Source: Eledone cirrhosa
Taxonomy: Eukaryota
Length of the DNA: 64,000 bases
Direction of reading: 5' to 3'
NCBI GenBank assembly: GCA_964016885.1
Contig: OZ024748.1
Location: 40,176,001-40,240,000, forward strand
In this document: positions 48,549 to 61,465 of the stretch, piece after piece
Layout of the letters: each line of letters opens with the position of its first letter
Numbering within the stretch: position 1 is the first letter of the stretch
Notes under the pieces: model-generated
What the model was told of the DNA's origin: nothing
Seen by the model: the letters and a program-made list of their open reading frames with translations, nothing else
The model's database searches: none
Made by a program: the position numbers and the translations under genes

Positions 48549-49860
48549 CGAGGGGGGATCAAAAAGTTTGCGGAATTTTTCAGAAAATATTCTATTTTTC
48601 AAAAAATATGATTTGCCTTCAATTTATTTTTCTACAGAGTTGCCATCCAGGTCAATACACTTGACAAGGCGATGCTTCAACTTTCGTAAGCCGTCTCTAA
48701 AGAAAGTTGAAGGCTTTGTTCGAAGCCATGTGTTGGCAGTGTTTTTAGCTTCTTCAACACCACTAAAACGGGTTCCTTTTAGCATTTCTTTGAGTTTTGG
48801 AAAGAGGAAAAAGTCTGATGGGGCTAAATCTGGACTATAAGGTGGGTGAGGAAGCACTTCCCATCGAAATTCTCGAAGAACTTCTTTTGCAACCCACGCA
48901 GAATGCGCTGGTGCATTGTCATGGTGAAACAAGATCCCACCATGAAGTTTCCCTTTTCGTTTCTTGACTAATGCCTCTTTCAGCTTCCTTAAAACATGTG
49001 CATAGTAAGCTCCTGTCACAGTTCATTGACCTTCAAGATAATCTATTAGTATCACACCATCTGAATCCCAGAAAATGGTGGCCATCACTTTTTGATCCGA
49101 CTTTTGAGATTTGAACTTGATTGGCCCCGATGATCCACGTGGAAGCCACTGTTATGACTGCTGTTTGGATTCAGCATCATACTGGTAGATCCAGGTTTCA
49201 TCTCCGGTGATGATTCTGGTCAGGAAATGCTCTTCATCAACTTCAATTTTGTTTAATATCGTCAAAGACAGATCACTTCGAAGAATCAGCTGATCAGAGC
49301 GCAACGCTTTTGGGACCCATCGCGCTGAAAGCTTGCTTAGTCCTAAATTATCGTGCAGAATTGAATTTGCCGAACCATATGAAATGTCTAGGGACTTAGC
49401 TAACTGATTAACTGTTATTCTTCGATCTTCTTCAATTAAAGTCTGAGCAGCCTCAACGTTTTGGTCATTTTTTGATGTTCCTAGTCTTCCACTGCGATGG
49501 TCGTCTTCAAGGTCGTCTCTCCCTTGTTTGAATCGCTGAATCCACTTGTAGACAGCAGTTTTCTTTGGAGCAGTACTACTGTAAACTCTAACTAAAACCT
49601 CCATAATCTGTGTCCCATTCCATTTGAGTTTCACCAGAAACTTGATATTCGATCTTATCTCAAAATAACTATTTTCCATTGTTCCAAAAAGAGGTTTTTT
49701 AAAGTGTGTCAGTACTGTACAATAGTCCACACATGACTGACTGCAAGTGAGTAAAAGCAAGGTAAACACCCAGTGACAATGTTCTGACATGTTTAATATC
49801 GTTTTAATCTATTTTTTTCTTACTACAATAAAATTCCGCGAACTTTTTGATCCCCCCTCG
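48549..49860 (-). mobile_element. Full-length mariner (DD34D) transposon, 1312 bp, TA target duplication
   Basis: TIRs cgaggggggatcaaaaagtttgcggaattt / aaattccgcgaactttttgatcccccctcg, flanked by TA. Confidence 0.95.
48624..49679 (-). pseudogene. Mariner transposase, 352 codons, two in-frame stops (~49152, ~49025)
   Basis: WVPKAL, TGDETW, HHDNAPAH and YSPDLAPSDF motifs, all in one frame. Confidence 0.92.
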
Positions 49861-49891
<31 letters not shown>

Positions 49892-50641
49892 TACTAAAGT
49901 ATATATATATATAATGTACTAAAGTATATATAATGTACTAAAGTATATATATATATATATATAGTGTACTAAAGTATATATATATATATAATGTACTAAA
50001 GTATATATATATAATGTACTAAAGTATATATATATAATGTACTAAAGTATATATATATGTAATGTACTAAAGTATATATATATATGTAATGTACTAAAGT
50101 ATATATATATGTAATGTACTAAAGTATATCTATATATAATGTACTAAAGTATATATATATATATAATGTACTAAAGTATATATATATATATAATGTACTA
50201 AAGTATATATATATATATATAATGTACTAAAGTATATATATATATATATAATGTACTAAAGTATATATATATATATAATGTACTAAAGTATATATATATA
50301 TATAATGTACTAAAGTATATATATATATAATGTACTAAAGTATATATATATATAATGTACTAAAGTATATATATATATAATGTACTAAAGTATATATATA
50401 TATAATGTACTAAAGTATATATATATATATATAATGTACTAAAGTATATATATATATATATAATGTACTAAAGTATATATATATATATATAATGTACTAA
50501 AGTATATATATATATAATGTACTAAAGTATAAATATATATATAATGTACTAAAGTATAAATATATATAATGTACTAAAGTATAAATATATATATAATGTA
50601 CTAAAGTATATATATATATATATATATATAATGTACTAAAG

Positions 50642-50672
<31 letters not shown>

Positions 50673-51304
50673 TACTAAAGTATATATATATAAATAATGT
50701 ACTAAAGTATATATATAATGTACTAAAGTATATATATATATATAATGTACTAAAGTATATATATATAGTGTACTAAAGTATATGTATATATATATAATGT
50801 ACTAAAGTATATATATATAGTGTACTAAAGTATATGTATATATATATATAATGTACTAAAGTATATATATATAATGTACTAAAGTATAAATATTTATATA
50901 TAGTGTAATAAAGTATATATATAATGTACTAAAGTATATATATATAATGTACTAAAGTACATATATATAATGTACTAAAGTACATATATATAATGTACTA
51001 AAGTACATATATATAATGTACTAAAGTACATATATATATGTACTAAAGTACATATATATATGTACTAAAGTACATATATATAATGTACTAAAGTACATAT
51101 ATATAATGTACTAAAGTACATATATATAATGTACTAAAGTACATATATATATAATGTACTAAAGTACATATATATATGTACTAAAGTACATATATATACG
51201 TCGGGATTTAAACTCAGATCGTAAAGGGACGTAACTACGCTGGAAAGCATCTCTGACCCTCTACAAATACTGGCAATTCAAAATAATGTACTAAAGTATA
51301 TGTT

Positions 51305-51466
51305 TATAAATGTGGTTGGTGTTAGGAAGGGCATCCAGGCGTAGAAAACCTGCCAGATAGTCCTATATGAACGAGACACGGCCACCCAACCAACCTTGCT
51401 TCAAGTGGGACAACTCCCGTCTAACCCATGCTAGCATGGAAGATGGACATTAAACGAAGATGATGA
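51305..51466 (+). mobile_element. RTE-A 3' tail fragment
   Basis: Matches 14100-14260. Confidence 0.8.
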
Positions 51467-51559
51467 TATATATATATATATATATATAAAGAAAAAGGGA
51501 TGAAATCGAAAATGCAACTGAAGTCTTATTTTTTTAAAAATATATATATTTATTTGATT

Positions 51560-51594
51560 CCTTTACCGGTTTCGCAGTTCTGCTTTTCAAAAGG
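51560..51594 (-). ncRNA. 35-nt minimal hammerhead motif, U3:A8 variant
   Basis: Minus strand reads CCTT-TTGAAAA-GCA gaac TGC-GAAAC cg GTA-AAGG; stem III is the palindrome ACCGGT. Confidence 0.7.
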
Positions 51595-51711
51595 TGAGTT
51601 GAGATGGAGGGTCTGTGGTTTTTCTCACATCTTATATATATATATATATATATAATATATTAAAGTATATATATATATATATAATGTACTGAAGTATATA
51701 TATATATATAT

Positions 51712-52767
51712 ATCATCATCATCATTTTACATCCGCTTTTCCCTGCTTGCAAGGGTGGGATGGGTCTTATTCAGCACAGCATCTCTCCACTCGTCACGGT
51801 CCTTCGTCATCTCCACCGTGAGCTTCAATGATCTGATGTCTGTTCTCACCACCTCCGCCCATGTTTTTCGTGGTCTACCTCTACCACGTCTTCCTTCAAC
51901 TGGCATTTCCTGGCACTTCTTCACCCATCGGTCATCCTCCATGCGCATCACATGTCCATACCACCTCAGTCTCCTCTCCCGTACACTACATTCTATCCCT
52001 CTCAGACACAGTTTCTCTCTCAACACATTTATGCTGGCTCGCTCACGCACATTTACACTGCACATCCAGCGGAGCATGCTTGCCTCATTTCTCTCCAGCC
52101 GTCGCATATCCTCTGCAGTTGCTGCCCATGTCTCACTACCATGCAGCATCGCGCTCCTCACACGGTATTCATACAACCGACCTTTCGTACTCAGGGAGAA
52201 ACCCTTCTTCGTCAACAGAGGAAGCAGCTCTATAGACTTCTTCCAACCCGTCCTTATTCTAGATACCATGGCCTCGGAACACCCTCCTCCCATGCTAATC
52301 TGATCTATGTACCGGAAGCTATCCACCACTTCTATAGCGCCCTCCTGCATTTGAAAAACATGTCTATCAATGCGACTTCTACTGTCTAATTTCCCTGTAC
52401 ATCTACTGCATACATATTTCTTCCTACCTGTTAGTTTGCCTGCTCTCCCGCTACATCTCTTGTGTACCCAGGATCTGCATCGTGTGCATTTTATAGAATT
52501 TATGCCAGTTCCTTTTCTGCATATCGAACATGGCCATTTCCCTGACGGAATCAGGGTTTTGTCCTCTTTTCTACTCATCAACACTTTTGTCTTAGCTAGG
52601 TTCACTCTCAGTCCTCTTGCTTCCAGCTGCTGTTTCCATAGCCAGAATTTATTCTCTAGCTCCTCTACTGATTCTGCTATAAGAACCAGATCGTCAGCAT
52701 AGAGAAGTTCCCATGGACAGCCAGTCTTAAACTCCTCTGTTATGGCTTGGAGGACTATAATGAACAT
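51712..52767 (-). mobile_element. RTE subfamily B, 5'-truncated
   Basis: 346-aa ORF nearly identical to 46165-47316; (ATC)n tail. Confidence 0.93.
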
Positions 52768-54036
52768 TATATATATATATATATATTATATATAAATATA
52801 TAATGTACTAAAGTATATATATATATAATGTACTAAAGTATATATATATAATGTACTAATGTATATATATATACATATAATGTACTAATGTATATATATA
52901 TAATGTACTAAAGTATATATATATATATATATAATGTACTAATGTATATATATATATATATAATGTACTAATGTATATATATATATAATGTACTAATGTA
53001 TATATATATATAATGTACTTATATATATATATATATATAATGTACTTATATATATATATATATATAATGTACTTATATATATATATATATATACATATAA
53101 TGTACTAATGTATATATATATAATGTATAAAGTATATATATATACATATAATGTACTAAAGTATATATATATAATGTACTAAAGTATATATATATAATGT
53201 ACTAAAGTATATATATATAATGTACTAAAGTATATATATATATATAATGTACTAAAGTATATATATATATATAATGTACTAAAGTATATATATATATATA
53301 TAAAATGTACTAAAGTATATATATATAACGTACTAATGTATATATATATATATAATGTACTAAAGTATATATATATATATATATAATGTACTAAAGTATA
53401 TATATATATAATGTACTAAAGTATATATATATATAATGTACTAAAGTATATATATATATATAATGTACTAAAGTATATATATATACATATAATGTACTAA
53501 AGTATATATATATACATATAATGTACTAAAGTATATATATATACATATAATGTACTAATGTATATATATATAATGTACTAAAGTATATATATATACATAT
53601 AATGTACTAAAGTATATATATATACATATAATGTACTAATGTATATATATATAATGTACTAAAGTATATATATATATATATATATATATAATGTACTAAA
53701 GTATATATATATAATGTACTAAAGTATATATATATAATGTACTAAAGTATATATATATATATATAATGTACTAAAGTATATATATATATATAATGTACTA
53801 AAGTATATATATATATAATGTACTAAAGTATATATATATATATATAATGTACTAATGTATATATATATATAATGTACTAAAGTATATATATATACATATA
53901 ATGTACTAATGTATATATATATAATGTACTAAAGTATATATATATATATAATGTACTAAAGTATATATATATACATATAATGTACTAATGTATATATATA
54001 TAATGTATATATATATAATGTATATATATATAATGT

Positions 54037-57000
54037 ACTAGCATGGGTTAGACGGGTTGTCCTGTTGTGGGCAGTGTCTGGTCGGCTGACCATGCCTTGC
54101 TCATACAGGAACTGATTTGGCTTGATTTCTACAGCTGGATGCCCTTCCTAACACCAACCTCATTTACAGTGAGTGCTGGGTGATTTTTCGTAGCACCTAT
54201 ACGTCCACTTTACAGTGTGGGCGGGGTGCTTTTTTGCCGTGGCTCCTCCACGACCACCTTGCGGTGGGGGGTGTGGGGGCATATTGTCTATATGCTTCAG
54301 CTTGTACCCATGGGAGGTCGGGTACTCTGTATTACTGCGTGACGCCAGAAGTCACGGTCATGTGTCATTGCCTTTGAGAGGTGTAATTGGGTAAGGTCGG
54401 CTTTTATCACCTCATCCCAGGTCATCTTGGGTCTCCCCAATCCGCGGTTTCCATCAACTTCTAGTGCTCTGCACCTTTTTATGCAGCTGTCATCCTTCAT
54501 ACGCATCACATGTCCATACCAGCGCAACCGCCTCTCCTGCACACAGCATTTGATTCCTCTTATGCTCAGTCTCTCTCTCAATTCATTTATGCTTTGTCGT
54601 TCACGTATATTACTGTTACACATCCATCGGAGCATGCAGTCTTCGTTTCTCTCTAATCTACACAAGTCTTCCACCTTCAGCACCCAGGTCTCACTACCAT
54701 GCAACATTGCTGTTCGGATACACGCATCATACAGTCTGCCTTTCATTCTGAGGGAGAAGCCTTTTGCAGCTCGCAGTGGTAGTAGTTCCCTAAACTTCTT
54801 CCATCCCATTCTTACCCTAGTTATTGTACTTTCTGAACACCCACCTCCGCTGCTAATTCGGTCACCTAGGTAGCAGAAGCTGTCTACTGTTTCTACAGAG
54901 CCCTCCCAGAGATTGGTGGTACTTGTTTCCTGTGGCTGTTTGCTGCTTGCTGTCTCAGCACAGCTGCTGCATGTGAAGCCTACATTCTTAATTAAGCTTC
55001 CTGAGATCCAGCTATATCTCTTGTGTACCCATTGTTTGCATTTGGGGCAGAGAATGGAGTTCCTACCTACACCTTTCCTACATACTGAGCAAGGCCATTT
55101 CCCTGAGGGGATCTGGGTTCTGTTTTCTCGTCTACTTACAAGGACCTTAGTCTTTGTCATGTTGACTTTGAGACCCTTTCTTTCTAGTCCCTGCTTCCAA
55201 GATTCAGCTATGAGTGCGAGGTCATCAGCATACAGGAGTTCCCATGGGCATCCGGTCTTAAACTCCTCCGTTATTGCCTGCAGGACTATGATGAACAGGA
55301 GGGGGCTAAGAACAGAGCCCTGGTGGACCCCAACCTGTACGCTAAATTCCTCGCTATACTCATTGCTAATACTAACTTTGCTGACTGCTCCCCTATACAT
55401 GGCTTGTACCGCTTTCACAAGCCATTCACCTACTCCTAGTTTTCTAAGAGCCCACCAGATTACAGCACGTGGAACTCTGTCAAAGGCTTTCTCAAGGTCG
55501 ACAAATGCCAAGTAGAGTGGCTTACTTTTAGCTAGGTACTTTTCCTGTAATTGCCTCACAAGGAAGAGGGCATCAGTGGTGCCTCTTCCTGGTACAAACC
55601 CAAATTGCATCTCGTCTATTTCCACCCGGTCCCTAATCAACTGTGCTATAACTCTTTCTGTTACTTTCATGACTTGGTCCATCAACTTTATACCTCTATC
55701 TAGTGCATCGCCTTTACCTTTGTAGCAGTTGACAATGATGCTACTGCACCAATCTTTTGGTATGACACCTTCTAGTATTACCTGGTTAACAATACGTGTG
55801 GTTATAGTGTGACCTACAGACCCAGATGCCTTCAGCATCTCGGCAGCTATACCCGATGGACCGGTTGCCTTCCCCATCTTCATATCTTTGATTGCCTTAC
55901 TTACTACGTTGCTGCTGACTTGTACTGCTGGCCCCTCTATAGGGTCTACTTGGGGTAGGGTCTCTTCTTCCCATGCATTCTCCTCATTTAGTAATCTATC
56001 ATAATGACTCTTCCATGCATCTTTCTTCTCAGCACTTGTGAGGGCAAGCTCACCTTTATCATTCCAGATACACTTCTCTCCAATGATATCACAACTATCT
56101 CTGACACACTGCCTCGCAATCTTGAATACCTCCTGTTTCTGGTCCTCACGTTGCAAAACATGCTTGAATTTTCTATCCTCTGCTTCCCTCCTAGCTAAGT
56201 ATACTTGTCGCGTAGCTTCCCTCTTGGTCTCTATGTAATGTACCCTGCTCACCCCGTTCTTCCATTCTTTCCATGCCTGTCTCTTGGCCTTAACTGCTTC
56301 ATCTACCTTATTGTGCCACCACCAAGTCACTCTCCTCCTGCTTGAGGTCTTACTCCAGCCACAGACCTCATCCATCGCCTCTAGTAAATTATTTTTTAGG
56401 AACTCCCAGTTCTCTTCTACATTAAATGTCTCTATCTGTTCTTCTTTACTGTCGTAGGCGTTGAGTAAAATATCTTTAAATCTGTTACTGGTTGAGGGCA
56501 CTTTCAGCTTCCAGATCTTTCTTCTCTAGGTTGGCCTCTGTTTCCATGTTCGTCTAGTTCTGACCGTGAGGTCGCTGACAACTAAGCTATGTTGGGATGT
56601 ACATTCCTCACTAAGGAAGGCTTTTATGTTTACAACCGTCCATCTGTCACGTCCTCTGATGAGGATAAAATCTATCTGACTGGAGTGCTCCCCTGATCTA
56701 TAGGTGATCAGGTGGTTGTCGGGTTTTTTAAAGTTTGTGTTACATATCGACATGTCATTGGCGTCGCAGAATTCTAGAAGTCTGAATCCTTCATTTCTTG
56801 TGCCAACCCCATGGCCTCCATGTACTCTATTGAAGCCGTCGCAGTGTTTACCTACGTGTCCGTTAAAATCTCCTGCGATGATTAGGAAGTCATTGTCGTC
56901 TGTTAGAGCAGTAGTGTGCATTAGGGACTCGTAAAACCTATCCTTAAGTTCGTCTGGCAGCCCTGATTGGGGTGCGTAAGCTAATATTATTGTGGTAATT

Positions 57001-58020
57001 GTTTTATTCAGGACTAGTCTGAGTTAAATGATTCTTGCATTTACCCTGTACACTGAGATTACTTTATCTACCCACTTGTCAGCTAGTAGTATACCTACAC
57101 CACCCATCCCATCGTTATTTCCCACCCAGAAAAATTTGTAGCACCGACTTTTTCCTACCAGGACTCTGGCAGACTCTCCTCTCCATCTAGTCTCTTGCAC
57201 ACAGCATACATCAATTTCCTTTTGCTCTAGCATTTCTACGATTTCTCCTGCTCTTCCTTTCATTGAGCCTACATTGATGGTACCAACTCGGAGTTTTGGG
57301 CATTTGTCGACACTCGTAGGGAAGGGTCTCTGGGTTGGCGCTTCACATGAGTGCTTGATAGCTCGCAGATTCATATTTCATCTCTTGATTCAGAGTTGCT
57401 CAAATTTATTCTCAGCTCATCCATCCATAACGGTAGGAAAATTGAGGGCTAGAAGAACAGTGGTGGTGGGATAATGGCAGGGTGTGTTGGGAGGAGAGAG
57501 TTAGTTAGGTAGTAGTAGTAATAATAGCAGTAGCAGCAGTAGAAATGGCATGCTGAGGTTTGATTGGTCGAATAGGCTATGGTGGCGTGAGAGGGTGGGT
57601 GGGTGGCGTGAGAGGGTGGGTGGGTGGCGTGAGAGGGTGGGTGGGTGGCGTGAGAGGGTGGGTGGGTGGCGTGAGAGGGTGGGTGGGTGGCGTGAGAGGG
57701 TGGGTGGGTGGCGTGAGAGGGTGGGTGGGAGGAAATTGTGAGTGAGGCACTGAGGGTCACCGTCAAGACTAACAAACTTAAATAACCGAAAGATTAGAAT
57801 ACCGCGTGGTAAATATCCGAAATAATACAGCAAAAACAGCAATAATATTAATAATAATAACATCATAGGAGCTAAGATACCTTCGAAAATTTGTATGGAT
57901 GGGTGGCTGGAACGAATCCAAATCAACTCTAGTGAGTGAGGCACTGAGGGTCGCCGTCAAGGCTAACAAACTTAAATAACCGAAAGATTAGAATACCGCG
58001 TGGTAAATATCCGAAATAAT
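54037..58020 (-). mobile_element. RTE-clade LINE, subfamily C, near full length, frameshifted
   Basis: ORF pieces 57024-57374, 56526-56921 and 54297-56501 (APE + RT + PHD-like finger). 5' UTR has a 21-bp repeat (~7x, 57581-57730) and a 194-bp duplication (57738/57932). Confidence 0.92.
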
Positions 58021-58200
58021 AAATATATATATATATATATAATGTACTAAAGTATATATATATATATATATATAATGTACTAAAGTATATATATATATAT
58101 ATATAATGTACTAAAGTATATATATATATATAATGTACTAAAGTATATATATATATATAATGTACTAAAGTATATATATATATATATATAATGTACTAAA

Positions 58201-58239
<39 letters not shown>

Positions 58240-59944
58240 GTACTAAAGTATATATATATATATATATATAATGTACTAAAGTATATATATATATATATAT
58301 ATATAATGTACTAAAGTATATATATATATATATATATATAATGTACTAAAGTATATATATATATATATATATATAATGTACTAAAGTATATATATATATA
58401 TATATATATAATGTACTAAAGTATATATATATATATATATATATAATGTACTAAAGTATATATATATATATATATAAATAATGTACTAAAGTATATATAT
58501 ATATATATATAATGTACTAAAGTATATATATATATATATATAATGTACTAAAGTATATATATATATATATATATAATGTACTAAAGTATATATATATATA
58601 TATATATAATGTACTAAAGTATATATATATATATATATATAATGTACTAAAGAATATATATATATATATACAATGTACTAAAGTATATATATATATATAA
58701 TGTACTAAAGTATATATATATATATAATGTACTAAAGTATATATATATATATATATAATGTACTAAAGTATATATATATATATAATGTACTAAAGTATAT
58801 ATATATATATAATGTACTAAAGTATATATATATATATAATGTACTAAAGTATATATATATATATATATAATATATATAATGTACTAAAGTATATATATAT
58901 ATATATATAATGTACTAAAGTATATATATAATGTACTAAAGTATATATATAATGTACTAAAGTATATATATAATGTACTAAAGTATATATATATATAATG
59001 TACTAAAGTATATATATATATAATGTACTAAAGTATATATATATATATATAATGTACTAAAGTATATATATATATATATATAATGCACTAAAGTATATAT
59101 ATATATAATGTACTAAAGTATATATATATATAATGTACTAAAGTATATATATATATATATAATGTACTAAAGTATATATATATATATAATGTACTAAAGT
59201 ATATATATATAGTGTACTAAAGTATATATATATATATATATAATGTACTAAAGTATATATATATATATATATATAATGTACTAAAGTATATATATATATA
59301 TATATAATGTACTAAAGTATATATATATATATAATGTACTAAAGTATATATATATATATAATGCACTAAAGTATATATATATATAATGTACTAAAGTATA
59401 TATATATATATATAATGTACTAAAGTATATATATATATATATAATGTACTAAAGTATATATATATATAATGTACTAAAGTATATATATATATAATGTACT
59501 AAAGTATATATATATATATAATGCACTAAAGTATATATATATATAATGTACTAAAGTATATATATATAATGTACTAAAGCATATATATATATAATGTACT
59601 AAAGCATATATATATATAATGTACTAAAGTATATATATATATATAATGCACTAAAGTATATATATATATAATGTACTAAAGTATATATATATATAATGTA
59701 CTAAAGTATATATATATATAATGTACTAAAGTATATATATATATATAATGCACTAAAGTATATATATATATAATGTACTAAAGTATATATATATATATAT
59801 ATAATGTACTAAAGTATATATATATATAATGTACTAAAGTATATATATATATAATGTACTAAAGTATATATATATATAATGCACTAAAGTATATATATAT
59901 ATAATGTACTAAAGTATATATATATATATATATAATGTACTAAA

Positions 59945-59983
<39 letters not shown>

Positions 59984-61379
59984 GTACTAAAGTATATATA
60001 TATATATATATATATAATGTACTAAAGTATATATATATATATATATAATGTACTAAAGTATAATATATATATATATATAATGTACTAAAGTATATATATA
60101 TATATATATAATGTACTAAAGTATATATATATATATAATGTACTAAAGTATATATATATATATATATAATGTACTAAAGTATATATATATATATAATGCA
60201 CTAAAGTATATATATAATGTACTAAAGTATATATATATATAATGTACTAAAGTATATATATATATATAATGTACTAAAGTATATATATATAATGCACTAA
60301 AGTATATATATATAGTATAATGTATATATATAATGTATAAAGTATATATATATATATATATATAATGTACTAAAGTATATATATATATATATATATAATG
60401 TACTAAAGTATATATATATATATATATATAATGTACTAAAGTATATATATATATATATAATGTACTAAAGTATATATATATATATATAATGTACTAAAGT
60501 ATATATATATATATATAATGTACTAAAGTATATATATATAATGTACTAAAGTATATATATATAATGCACTAAAGTATATATATATATAATGTACTAAAGT
60601 ATATATATATATAATGTACTAAAGTATATATATATATAATGTACTAAAGTATATATATATATTATGTAACTATAAAGTATATATATATATATATAATGTA
60701 CTAAAGTATATATATATATATATAATGTACTAAAGTATATATATATATATAGTTACTAAAGTATATATATATATATATAATGTACTAAAGTATATATATA
60801 TATATAATGTACTAAAGTATATATATATATATAATGTACTAAAGTATATATATATAATAATGTACTAAAGTATATATATATATATATAATGCACTAAAGT
60901 ATATATATATATAATGTACTAAAGTATATATAATATATAATGTACTAAAGTATATATATATATAATGTACTAAAGTATATATATATATAATGTACTAAAG
61001 TATATATATATAATGTACTAAAGTATATATATAATGTACTAAAGTATATATATATATGTACTAAAGTATATATATATATATATATTATATATATATAATG
61101 TACTAAAGTATATATATATATATAATGTACTACTAAAGTAATATATATATATATATAATGTACTAAAGTATATATATATATATAATGTACTAAAGTATAT
61201 ATATATATATAATGCACTAAAGTATATATATATATAATGTACTAAAGTATATCTATATATAATGTACTAAAGTATATCTATATATAATGTACTAAAGTAT
61301 ATCTATATATAATGTACTAAAGTATATATATATATATATATAATGTACTAAAGTATATATATATATATAATGTACTAAA

Positions 61380-61414
<35 letters not shown>

Positions 61415-61465
61415 GTACTAAAGTATATATATATATATATAATGTACTAAAGTATATATATATAT

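Larger units (their letters stand above)
40440..61465. repeat. Very long compound satellite (aatgtactaaag(ta)n) interrupted by many element insertions
   Basis: Hundreds of aat[g/a]tactaaag blocks separated by variable (TA)n. Confidence 0.95.
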
